From Malacoraja senta (Eukaryota): a stretch of DNA of 64,000 nucleotides. Numbering within the stretch: the first letter of the stretch is position 1; each line of letters begins with the position of its first letter. The notes under the pieces were generated by a model, which searched no databases, was not told the DNA's origin, and worked only from the letters and a program-made list of their open reading frames with translations. The stretch is taken from the NCBI GenBank assembly GCA_038087875.1, contig CM075993.1, forward strand, positions 9,550,001-9,614,000, read 5' to 3'. The position numbers and the translations under genes were made by a program. Shown one piece after another: positions 36,343 through 47,099 of this stretch.

Positions 36343-37972
36343 GCCCTTAATGTGGTTTGAAAATGAAGTCTGAAAATGAAAATGTGGTTGGTTTGAAAAT
36401 GTGGTTGATTTGAAAATGAAAATGTGGTTGGTTTGAAAATGAAAATGTGGTTTGTTTGTAAATGTGGTTGGTTTGAAAATGTGGTTTGTTTGAAAATGTG
36501 GTTGGTTTTAAACTGGTTGGACAATGAAAATGTGTTGGTGTGAAAATGAGGTTGGTTTGGTAATGTGGTTGGTTTGAAAATGAAAATGTTGGTTTGAAAA
36601 TGAAAATGTGGTTGGTTTGAAAATGAAAATGTGGTTGGTTTGAAAATGAAAATGTGGTTGGTTTCAAAATGTGGTTGGTTTGAAAATGTGGTTGGTTTGA
36701 AACTGTGGTTGGTTTGAAACTGGTTGGAAAATGAAAATGTGGTTGTTTTGAAAATGTGGTTGGTTTGAGAATGTGGTTGGTTTGAAAATGTGGTTGGTTT
36801 GAAAATGTGGTCAGAAAATGAAAATGTAGTTGGTTTGAAAATGAAAATATATTTGGTTTGAAAATGAAAATGTGGTTGGTTTGAAAATGTGGTTGGTTTT
36901 AAAATGTGGTTGGTTTGAAAATGTGGTAAGTTTAAAAATGAAAGTGTGGTTTGAAAATGTAGTTTGAAAATGAAAATGTGGTTTGAAAATGAAGATTGAA
37001 AAAGAAAATGTGGTTGGTTTGTAAATGTGGTTGGCTTGAAAATGTGGTTGGTTTGAAAATGTGATTGGTTTGAAAATGAAAATGTGGTTGGTTTGAAAAT
37101 GAAAATGTGGTTGGTTTGAAAATGTCGTTGGTTTGAAAATGAAAATGTGGTTGGTTTGAAAATGAAAATGTGGTTGGGTTGAAAATTAAAATGTGGTTGG
37201 TTTGGAAATGAAAATGTGGTTTGAAAATGAAGTTTGAACATGAAAATGAGATTTGAAAATGAAGTTTGAAAATGAAAATGTGGTTGATTTGAAACTGGTT
37301 GGTTTGAAAATGTGGTTTGAAAATGTGTTTGGTTTGAAAATGAAAATGTGGTTTGAAAATCTATATAATTAAAAGTCTAAACTTTACCACTTCCTGTTTG
37401 CACTGTATATTGATTTTAGAAAGAACGCTACCACTTACGGCTGTGATTTTTGGCCATCTTACTCAGTCCCCCTCCAGCTGTCAGGACCAGAGGATTTTCC
37501 CATCGATGAAATATTAAAAAACGTATTAATGTTTTTAAAATGTTGAAATTCTCTCTCCTGACAATCACGCCATGGCGACGCCCCTTCCGGTGGGAGGGCG
37601 GGGGGAATATAAAATCCGGAAGTGTGAATGTGCCTCAGTCTGCAAGATGGGGAGGGAGAGGTCACGACTCTCAATCTGAGCTGTGAATCACACTGAACAC
37701 TGAACACATGTCTACTAAACTGTGATTGTGGGTTTACTGACCTGTCAGAAAATGAAAATGTGGTTTGAAAATGAAGTTTGAAAATGAAAATGTAGTTGGT
37801 TTGAAACTGCTTGGTTTGAAACTGTGGTTGGTTTGAAATTGTGGTTGGTTTGAAAATGTGGTTGGTTTGAAAATGTGGTAGAAATGAAAATGTGTTTTGA
37901 AAATCTATATAATTAAAAGTCTAATCTTGACCACTTCCTGTTTGCGCTGTATATTGATTTTAGAAAAAACGG

Positions 37973-38240
37973 ATTTGGTGGCCTTGCACCCTGCTTGAAA
38001 TGGTATGAAACTGCACTTGAATTTGGTGGCCTTGCACCCTGCTTGAAATGGTATAATACTGCACTTGAATTTGGTGGCCTTCCACCCTGCTTGAAATGCT
38101 ATGAAACTCCATATGAATTTGGTGGCCTTGCACCCTGCTTGAAATGGTATGAAACTGCATTTGAATTTGGTGGCTTGCACCCTTTTTGAAATGGTATGAA
38201 ACTGCATTTGAATTTGGTGGCCTTGCACCCTGCTTGAAAT
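37973..38240. repeat. 48-bp tandem repeat
   Basis: atttggtggccttgcaccctgcttgaaatggtatgaaactgcacttga, ~5.5 copies; reverse-complement variant of 3266-3525. Confidence 0.9.
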
Positions 38241-38505
38241 CACGTCCACGCCGGTCATCGATCACTCGTTCACACTAGTTCTATGTTATCCCACTTTCTT
38301 ATCCACTCCCTACACACTCGGGGCAATTTACAGAGGCCAATTAACCTGAAAACCCGCTCGTCTTTGGGAAGAACCCAGAGCACCCGAAAACCCATGTGGT
38401 CACAGGGAGAACATACAAACTCCACATGACAAGCACTTGAGGTCAGGATGGAACTGGGTCACTGGCACTGTGAGGTAGCAGCACTACCAACTGCACCACT
38501 GTGCT
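38241..38505 (-). mobile_element. HE1-type SINE
   Basis: Reverse-complement homology to 42640-42900. Confidence 0.7.
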
Positions 38506-38999
38506 ATCGAATAGAATAACATACAAGAATCCAGAAAATCTGCAAATGCAGAACCACCTCAGTCTTGAGCAGGCCAGATTAATGGAATTTTATTGTACAA
38601 TCATTCGTGCATCATCATTGTCCTCAATGCCATGGAAATACTTCTATAAGGTAAGGAAACCTGCATTGCCAAATGTAATATTGTTGTTTTATTTCTTTGT
38701 ATCAAATGTTCCATCAAATGCAAGAAAGGAAATAGTCACAAATTCACAAATATGTTCTTCGCTCGAATGATGTAGGAAGGGTCATCAAACTGAAAAGTTA
38801 ACTCTGTCTCTTTGTCCATAGATGTGGACTGACATGCTGAATGATTCCAGCTTTTTCTTTTTTTGATTTAGATTTTTAGCAAGTAGTCTTTTGATTTTCA
38901 TCAGCATCAGGATAGGGAGGGGAACTACAGTGCCATCATCTGGTCAGATATATAGTTGGAAATTTAAAATACTCTCAGCCCTAAAAAAGAATAGTCTAA

Positions 39000-39145
39000 T
39001 TCTGAAGAAGGGTCTTGACCAGGGTCTGAAGAAGGCTCTCGAAACGTCACCCATTCCTTCTCTCCAGAGATGCCGCCTGTTCCGCTGAGTTACTCCAACA
39101 TTTTGTGTCTCTCCGGTGTAAACCAGCATCTTTAGTTCGTTCCTG
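39000..39145 (+). mobile_element. Penelope terminal repeat with a duplicated hammerhead core
   Basis: ctgaagaagggtcttgacc then gggtctgaagaaggctctcgaaacgtcaccc. Confidence 0.65.
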
Positions 39146-39211
39146 AATAGTCTAATTTCATATTTCCATGAAAAGAATGCTTATAAGTATTAAAACAATC
39201 ATGTGAGGGCA

Positions 39212-39615
39212 CTGGGCCTGTACTCGCTAGAGGAAGAGGGGGGACCTCATTGAAATGTAATGAATAGTGGAAGGCCTGGATAGAGTAGATGTGGAGAGGA
39301 TGTTTTCACTAGTGAGAGAGCCTAAGACCAGAGGGCACAGCCTCAGAATAAAAGGGACATACCTTTAGAAAGGAGATGAGGAGGAATTTCTTTACTCAGA
39401 GGGCGGTGAATCTGTGGAATTCATTGCCGCAGACAGCTATGGAGGTCAAGTGATTAGGTATTTTTAAGGTGCAGATTGACAGATTCTTGATTAGTATGGG
39501 TGTCAGGGTTATGGGGAGAAGGCAGGACAACGGGGTTGAGAGGGAAAGATAGACCAGCCATGAGTAGACTTGATGGGCAGAATGGCCTAATTCTGCTCCC
39601 ATAACTTATGTACTT
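39212..39615 (+). mobile_element. Old CR1 3' fragment
   Basis: ctgggcctgtactcgctaga...gtgaatctgtggaattcattgcc...gaatggcctaattctgctcc. Confidence 0.7.
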
Positions 39616-39837
39616 AGGTTCACTGTCAAATGCTGCAAGCTCTTTGAAAGAACTATCTGATCATTCCCACTCTTGAACCTTCTCCAAATATCACTGTAAA
39701 TATTAATGTTGATATGCATCAGAAAGAAATACACGCTGTTACGTAGCTGATGGTAGAAGCTTAGGATATCTCAAACTGTTTTACAGACAACAGCCAATAA
39801 TGTACTTCTTAAGTGTGGTTATTTTTGTAGAATGGGG

Positions 39838-40342
39838 TGTGTCGCTGTGAGTGTGTCACGGTGTCACTGTGAGTGTGTCACTGAGTGTGTCACTGAGTGT
39901 GTCACTGTGAGTGTGTCACTGCGTGTGTCACTGCATGTATCACTGTGAGTGTGTCACTGCATGAGCGTCACCGTGAGTGTGTCACTGTGAGTGTATCGCT
40001 GTGAGTGTGTCACTGTGAATGTGTCACTGAGTGTCACTGAGTGTGTCACCGTGAGTGTGTCACTGTGAGTGTGTCACAGTGAGTGTGTCACTGAGTGTAT
40101 CACTGTGAGTGTGTCACTGCGTGGATCACTGTGAGTGTGCCACTGTGAATGTGTCACTGAGTGTGTCACTGTGAGTGTGTCTGTGAGTGTGTCACTGTGA
40201 GTGTGTCACTGTGTGTCACTGTGAGTGTATCACTGTAAGTGTGTCTCTGTGAGTGTGTCACTGAGTGTGTCACTGGGTGGTGTGTCACTGTGAGGGTATC
40301 ACTGGGTGGTGTGTCACTGTGAGTGTGTCAATGTGAGTGTGT
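39838..40342. repeat. (GTGTCACTGTGAGT)n-type minisatellite
   Basis: ~35 degenerate units of 12-14 bp. Confidence 0.92.
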
Positions 40343-40617
40343 CTTTGGGATTAATACCAGGTGCACGTCCCCACTGTATCGGCGGGCGGGCAGGTTGCAA
40401 TCGGATGTCCTCACTCCACCAGTTATCTCTCTGATCAAACGCTCCCTACTGCACGCTCACGAATGTAACATGAGACCACGTGCTTTAACTGAACCGAATA
40501 AACCAGTTAGCTGGTTACTGTTATGCTGCCTTTAGTAGAGTTACTTCTCTTTTTCTCTTAGATCAGCCTGTGGTGTCTTAAAAATCACTCTGCTGAGCCA
40601 GAAGCAGCTAACCTGAA

Positions 40618-40672
40618 ATGGGGCCATGCGTTAGGTTGGTGGCTCTGTTCCTCCTCTCCCGCTACCTGACAG
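40618..40672 (+). CDS. Putative signal-peptide exon of an unidentified gene
   Basis: ATG MGPCVRLVALFLLSRYLT + G|gtgaga (55 nt, phase 1); hydrophobic core; upstream pyrimidine tract plus TAG ending at 40561. Confidence 0.55.
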
Positions 40673-40854
40673 GTGAGAACGATGCCAGTGTATTTTTCAC
40701 AGCTTCTGGCTGCATCTCTGTGGGGGAGTGTAAAAGCTGAACAATATTATTTGTATTAGAGTCTTTGATGTTGCAGTTTAATTGTGGGCAATTGGTTAAA
40801 AATTGGTACAGGTGAGGTTATAGTTTTTAGTTTTTTATAAGATGTTATATATTT

Positions 40855-41285
40855 TTAGTTTAGTTTAGTTTATTGTTTACAGTGAAAAGCTCTTTTGTTG
40901 CGTGCTATCCATCTAGTGGAAAGACTATACATGATTATAATCGAGCTGTCCACAGTGTACAGATACAGGATCAAGGGAATAATGTTTAGTGCAAGATAAA
41001 GTCCAGTAAAGTCTGATTAAAGATAGTCCCAGGGTCTCCAATGAGGTGAATGGTAGCTGAGGACCACTCTCTAGTTGGTGATAGAATGGTTTAGTTGCCT
41101 GACAACAGCTGGGAAGAAACGGTCCCTGAATCTGGAGGTGTGCTTTTTCACACTTCTGTACCTCTTGCCCGATGGGAGAGGGGAGAAGAGGGAGTGACTG
41201 AGGTGAGACTGGTCCTTGATTATGTTGCTGGCCTTGACGAGGCAGCGTGAGGTGTAGATGGAGTCAATGGAAGGGAGGTTGGATG
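40855..41285 (-). mobile_element. Rex/Babar-like LINE 3' part
   Basis: Homologous to 51020-51450; the minus strand reads LPSIDSIYTSRCL...LPSGKRYRSVK-type peptide. Confidence 0.7.
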
Positions 41286-41419
41286 TGATTTTGTCACAGT
41301 CAATGGTTGAGGCATTTTTGAAAGGACGATAGTGTTAAAATATATATTCTCATTCTATTATGAGATTTTGAGATTTCATAATCTCATAGATAGATTATCT
41401 ACCTAGATAAAATAGATCT

Positions 41420-42095
41420 ATTTATTTTTAATATGTGTTAAAAAGTATGTTTTAGTGTTCTTTGGTTTGTTTTATGTGGGCGGTGGGGTGGGGATGGAGG
41501 AAACTTTTTTTTCAATCTCTTACCTCGACGGAGATTCGATTTTTTTCCGTTTCGTATCTCTGTCCCCACTGCGGCCTAACATCTTGGAGTTGGCGGCCTT
41601 TCCTGGGAACCGACGGGCGCTCCACGCCGCGGGAGTCTGCGGGACGTCAACATCGCGGAGCTTGCGATCCCTTTGCCGGGGATCGAAGCTCCAACCGCGG
41701 GGCCTGTGGACTTTAACATAGTGAAGCCCGCGGTCTCTGGTAAAGAAGAGGCCGACTCGGGAGCTCCATGCCGCGGAGAGAGTTTCAACCGCCCCGACGC
41801 GGGAGTTTCGATCACCCCGACGGGGGCTTCGACCGCTGGCCGCGGGGGCTTTGATCGCCCCGACTGCAGATGGTTTGACTGCCCCGACCGTGGGAGAACA
41901 AAGAGGAAGAAGATTGAACTTTATTGCCTTCCATCACAGTGAGGAATGTGGAATCCACTGTGGTGGATGTTTATATTAACTTTTATGTGGGTGTGTGTCT
42001 TGTTGCTTTTCACTTAGTATGGCTGTATGGCAACTCAAATTTCACTGTACCTTAACTGGTACATGTGACAATAAACTGACTTTGAAACCTTGAAA
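41420..42095 (+). mobile_element. GC-rich interspersed repeat, family of 5135-5850
   Basis: cctaacatc.tggag.tgg, ctccaaccgcgg, ggagaacaaaga, ccatcacagtgaggaat...cactgtggtggatg. Confidence 0.65.
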
Positions 42096-42639
42096 TCTTG
42101 AAACAAATCTACATGGAGATTGGTGTGTACATGAGTAGGGGATAGAGTCTTTACAGGAAGCAGGGTGGGAAGAAGTGTAGTCTAGATATCTGTGGGAGTC
42201 AGTGGGTTTATAATAGATGTCAGTTGATAGTCTATCTTCTGTGATGGATGGACTGCTCTGAATCTACGTCGAGGTGAGATTGATCCCTTCTGCTAAAGTC
42301 TGAGAGAGGGCTTTGGTCTGTGTGGTGTGTGGGTGCCCAAACAATGCGGGTTTTCCCCCTGCACTGTACAATGCTGGGGGCAGCTGCCCACAACTTCCTC
42401 ACTGTGAAGCTGAGAACACAATAGCACAAGGACCAAAGTTCCTCTCCAGCAGGATTGTCAACCTCAGAAAAAGCAAGTTCCTGTCATTCACAGAAACAAG
42501 GAACTACAGATCTACATTCCCTTTGCCCTGTTTTCGCACCTTCACACCTCCTGATCTATCTATCTCCCTCCCCCCTGACGTCATTCTGAAGAAGAGTCTT
42601 GACCCGAAATATCACCCATTCCTTCTCTCCAGGAAGCAA

Positions 42640-42950
42640 CTGGTGCAGCGGGTAGAGCTGCTGGCTCGAAGCACCAGAGACCCGAGATCGATCCTGACCT
42701 CAGGTGCTGCCTGTGTGGAGTTTGCACCTTCTCCCTGTGACTGCACGGGTTTCCTCCGGGTGCTCCAGTTTCCACCCACATCACAAACACGTACGTACTT
42801 GTAGGTTAATTGGTCTCTGTAAATTACCCTTAGTGCATAGGGACTGGTTGAGAATGTGGGATAACATAGAACTAGGGTGATCAATGGTCGGTGTGGACTC
42901 GGTGGGCTGAAGGGCCTGTTTCCATGCTGTATCACTAAACTAAACTAAAT
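42640..42950 (+). mobile_element. HE1-type SINE, preceded by a Penelope end at 42585-42632
   Basis: ggtgcagcgggtagagctg head; gtggagtttgcac body; (taaac)n tail. Confidence 0.78.
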
Positions 42951-42969
42951 TCAATTCAATTCAATTAAA

Positions 42970-43600
42970 TTTTTTCAATTCAACTTTAATTGTCATTGCA
43001 CAGATACAAGTATGGGTACAACGAAATGCAGTCTAGCGTCTGCTCGTAGCAATATTGCAATATAGAAATAAAAACACAGAACAAGAACAATATACAGAAT
43101 AAAATACAGAATAAAATACAGAATGAGCAAACAATGTGGACGGAGAGACTGGAGAAATCTATCGGGGGGACTCCGAGTTCAGCAATGTGATAGTGTTGTT
43201 GAAGAAGCTGTTCCTCATCCTGCTTGTACGAGACCTGAGGCTTCTGTACCGCCTCCCTGATGGGAGGAGGGCAAACAGTCCATGGTTAGGGTGGGAGGGG
43301 TCCTTGATGATCTTCCCGGCCCGTCCCAGACACCGTTTTCGGTGAAGGGCATCCATTGCAGGGAGCGGGGGCACCGATGATGTACTGAGCGGTCGGTCTT
43401 CACCACCCGTTGTTGTGCCTTCCTGTCAACTACCGTGTAACTACTGTACCATGCCGTGATGCAGGTGGTCAGGATGCTTTCGATGGTACAGCGGTAGAAG
43501 TTGGTCAGGATCTGGGGGGACAGGTGAGTTTTCTTGAGCCTCCTCAGGAAGTAAAGGCGCTGCTGCGCCTTCTTGATCAGTTTGGAGGTATTGAGGTCAT
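42970..43600 (-). mobile_element. Rex/Babar LINE 3' part
   Basis: RCLGRAGKIIKDPSHPNHGLFALLPSGRRYRSLRSRTSRMRNSFF. Confidence 0.82.
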
Positions 43601-44219
43601 GTAATGGGAGATCTCCATCCAGTGTGTGATGGGTGGGCGTGTGCTTCTGCCCAGTCTCTGCACCAGAGGGGGCAGCTCCATGCCTGGGGGGGGGGGGGGG
43701 GGGGGAGAGAGGAAGGGGGAGGGGGGAGGGTTGCTGTTTCCAATCAGCTTGTGGTATTGGTGACTCCAGTTAGATGCTGCATACTGTGTCCAGACTGCAC
43801 TGCTGTAACTGGGAACTGTGTTCTATGCTCGGGCCCTGTAACTGGGAATAAAAATCACAAATCTGCAATGGCAGAAATTTGAAATAAAATACAGAAAATA
43901 CTGGAAACACTCAACAGGTCGGGCAGTATCTGTGGAAGGAAAAGCAAAATGCTGCCTGACCTGCTAAGTGTTTCCAACATTTTCTGTTCAATGTAACAGG
44001 GGGTTCAGATGGCTCACTTGCAGTTTTGTCTAGAGACTGTAATTGGGGAATCCTTTGTCATTATGGACCTCTTTATCAAGCTGTATGCTAATGTAACTCC
44101 TGTCCTCAGTCTGCTGAGCCCCATTTACTGACAGTGTGGGTGCAGATAACAGCTGGCTAGCAGAGTATGCAATGTGCCAGTGAGTGGCTGTGTATAAGGG
44201 CATGTGATAGCAGCAGAAT

Positions 44220-46515
44220 TCGAGGTAAAGGAACCGCTTGGAGGTAGTGATCATAACATGATTTGTTTTAATCTGCAATTTGAGAAGGAGAAGGTTAAAT
44301 CGGAAGTGTCAGTGATGCAGTTGAACAAATGGGACTATGAAGGCAGGAGAGAGGAGCTGACCAAGGTAGACTGGAAAGGGATCCTAGCAGGAATGACGGT
44401 GGAACAGCAATGGCAGGAATTTCTGGGCATAATCCGGAAGATGCAGGATCATTTCATTCCAAAAAGGAAGAAAGATTCTAAAGGGAGTAGGGGCAACCGT
44501 GGCTGACAAGAGAAGTTAGGGATAGAATAAAACTAAAAGAAAAGATGTATAACACAGCAATGAGTAGCTGGAAGCCAGAGGATTGGGACACTTTCATAGG
44601 ACAACAGAAGGAAACAAAACAGGCGAGGGGAAGCTGGCCAGGAATATAAGAAGGACAGTAAAAGCTTCTTTAGATATGTTATGGGAAAAAGAGTAGCAAA
44701 GTCAAATGTGGGTCCCTTGAAGGCAGCCACGGGTGAAATTATTATGGGTAACAAGGAAATGGCAGAAGAGTTGAACAGGTACTTCGGATCTGTCTTCACT
44801 AAGGAAGACACAAACAATCTCCCAGATGTACTGGAGGACAGAGGGTCTAAGGATGTAGAGGAACTGAAATAAATTTTCAATAGGCGAGAAATAGTATTGG
44901 GTAGGCTAATGGGACTGAAGGATGATAAATCCCCTGGGCCGGATGGTCTGAATCCCAGGGTCCTCAGGGAGGTGGCTCTAGAAATAGTGGATGCATTGGT
45001 GATCATTTTCCAATGTTCAATAGATTCAGGGTCAGTTCTTGTGGATTGGTGGATAGCTAATGTTATCCCACTTTTCAAGAAAGAAGCGAGAGAGAAAACG
45101 GGGAATTACAGACCAGTTAGCCTGACTTCGGTGGTGGGAAAGATGCTGGAGTCAATTATTAAAGAGGTAATAATGGGGCATTTGGATAGCAGTAAAAGGA
45201 TTAGTCCAAGTCAACATGGATTTATGAAAGGGAAATCATGCTTGACTAATCTTCTGGAACTTTTTGAGGATGTGACAAGTCAAATGGATGAAGGGGAGCC
45301 AGTGGATGTAGTGCATCTAGACTTTCAGAAAGCCTTTGATAAGGTCCCACACGGGAGACTGGTGACTAAAATTAGAACACATGGTATTGGGGGTAGGGTG
45401 TTGACGTGGATAGAAAATTGGTTGGCAGACAGGAAGCAAAGAGTAGGAGTGAACGGATCCTTTTCAGAATGGCAGGCAGTGGCGAGTGGAGTGCCGCAAG
45501 ACTCAGTGTTGGGGCCGCAACTGTTTACCATATATATTAATGATTTGGAAGAGGGAATGAGGAGCAACATTAGCAAGTTTGCGGATGACACAAAGCTGGG
45601 TGGCAGTGTGAGCTGTGAAGACGATGTTAGGAGGTTGCAGGGTGACCTGGACAGGTTGAGTGAGTGGGCAGATGCGTGGCAGATGCAGTATAATATAGAT
45701 AAATGTGAGGTTATCCACTTTGGCGGCAAAAACAAGGGAGCAGATTATTATCTCAATGGGGTTAGGTTAAGTAAGGGGGAGGTACACCGAGACCTGGGCG
45801 TCCTTGTACACCGGTCACTGAAAGTTGGCGTGCAGATACAGCAGGCAGTGAAGAAACCTAATGGAATGTTGGCCTTCATAACAAGAGGATTTCAGTATAG
45901 GAGTAAAGGGGTTCTTCTGCAGTTGTATAGGGCTCTGGTAAGACCACATCTGGAGTATTGTGTACAGTTTTGGTCTCCTAATTTGAGGAAGGACATATTT
46001 GTGATTGAGGCAGTGCAATGTAGGTTCACAAAATTGATCCCTGGGATGGTGGGACTGTCATATGAGGAAAGATTGAAAAGACTAGGCTTGTATTCACTGG
46101 AGTGTAGAAGGATGAGGGGGGATCTTATAGAAACATATACAATTATAAAAGGACTGGACAAGCAAGATGCAGGAAAAATGTTCCCAATGTTGGGCGAGTC
46201 CAGAACCAGGGGCCACAGTCTTAGAATAAAGGGAAGGCCATTCAAGACTGAGGTGAGAAAAAACATTTTCACCCAGAGAGTTGTGAATTTGTGGAATTCC
46301 CTGCCACAGAGGGCAGTGGAGGCTAAATCACTGGATGGATTTAAGAGAGAGTTAGATAGAGTTCTAGGGGCTAGTGGAATCAAGGGATATGGGGAGAAGG
46401 CAGGCACGGGTTATTGATTGGGGACGATCAACCATGATCACAATGAATGGCGGTGCTGGCTCGAAGAGCCGAATGGCCTCCTCCTGCACCTATTTTCTAT
46501 GTTTCTATGTTTCTA
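44220..46515 (+). mobile_element. CR1 LINE, 5'-truncated; RT region open for 506 aa (44897-46417)
   Basis: [43 protein letters not shown]; (ttctatgt)n tail; stops upstream of the ORF. Confidence 0.95.
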
Positions 46516-47099
46516 ATTAGGCCATTCGGCCCATCAGGTCTACTCCTCCATTGAATCATGGCTGATCTATCTCTCCCTTCTAACCACTGTGTCAGAGGCC
46601 TCAGCTAATTGTCCAGCGTGGGGAAAGTGTACACAGATTACATGGTGCAGGACCCAGGAGATTGCACAGATTGCAAGCATTTCTCTGTTGTTGCTAGCAG
46701 TTGATTCAGAGACACACAACATTATGGTGAACGTGTAACAGCTGATAGAGCCAAAGCCTCACTGGTGCATCAGAGACCTAGGTTCAACCCCGACCTTGAA
46801 TGCTGCATGTGTGGATACTAATTGGAGTGACATCCAAAGGTCTGGAAAAAACTTGGTCTGACATTACCAAATGTACAAGGGTGCCAGATTATCAGAGGTT
46901 TAGTGTAGTCCCCATTTCACTTGGGCTGAGAAGACACCAGCCATAAACTGGCACCGAATGATGAAGATACATTGAATGGAGATAACTGTGCAACTGTAGG
47001 GAAGGAGGATCAGTAGGGAGGAGGTGTGTACCAGTGCCACGTGCCAGTCAGAGTTGAAATAGGAAGATATTTCAGATGAATACGTGGCTTGAAAAATGG

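Larger units (their letters stand above)
29646..38240 (+). mobile_element. Tandem array of Helitron 5' heads with minisatellite spacers
   Basis: ~400-bp heads beginning TCTAT.. at 29646, 30260, 31062, 32175, 33325, 34812, 35947, 37360 and 37904 (last truncated); homologous to the 5' ends of the complete Helitron at 2962-4706; ends in 48-bp repeats; no 3' hairpin/CTAG seen. Confidence 0.82.

Noticed and set aside
31636..37241. Long F/Q/T/N/H/K/P-rich minus-strand ORFs (up to 307 aa)
   Set aside because: Translations of the minisatellite, whose minus strand rarely contains stops.
30044..37903. Telomeric or interstitial telomere repeat
   Set aside because: G/T-skewed but contains no (TTAGGG)n.
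29646..37970. CRISPR-like repeat-spacer architecture
   Set aside because: Repeats are ~400 bp, spacers are low-complexity minisatellite, there are no cas genes and the context is vertebrate; explained as Helitron heads.
38270..38280. CTAG|T as the 3' end of the Helitron array
   Set aside because: It lies within SINE sequence and lacks the GGGACCC/GGGTCCC hairpin.
40618..40672. Exon 1 of a nicotinic receptor subunit (the CHRNA/CHRNB cluster lies near HYKK in human)
   Set aside because: The in-phase downstream exons show no ligand-gated-channel motifs, and a 55-nt leader exon is common to many genes.
44033..44185. Candidate extra exon of the orphan gene
   Set aside because: TGA in the phase-compatible frame.
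45325..46407. Antisense ORFs over CR1 elements (also 47570, 53869, 60534)
   Set aside because: Shadow frames of LINE ORF2.
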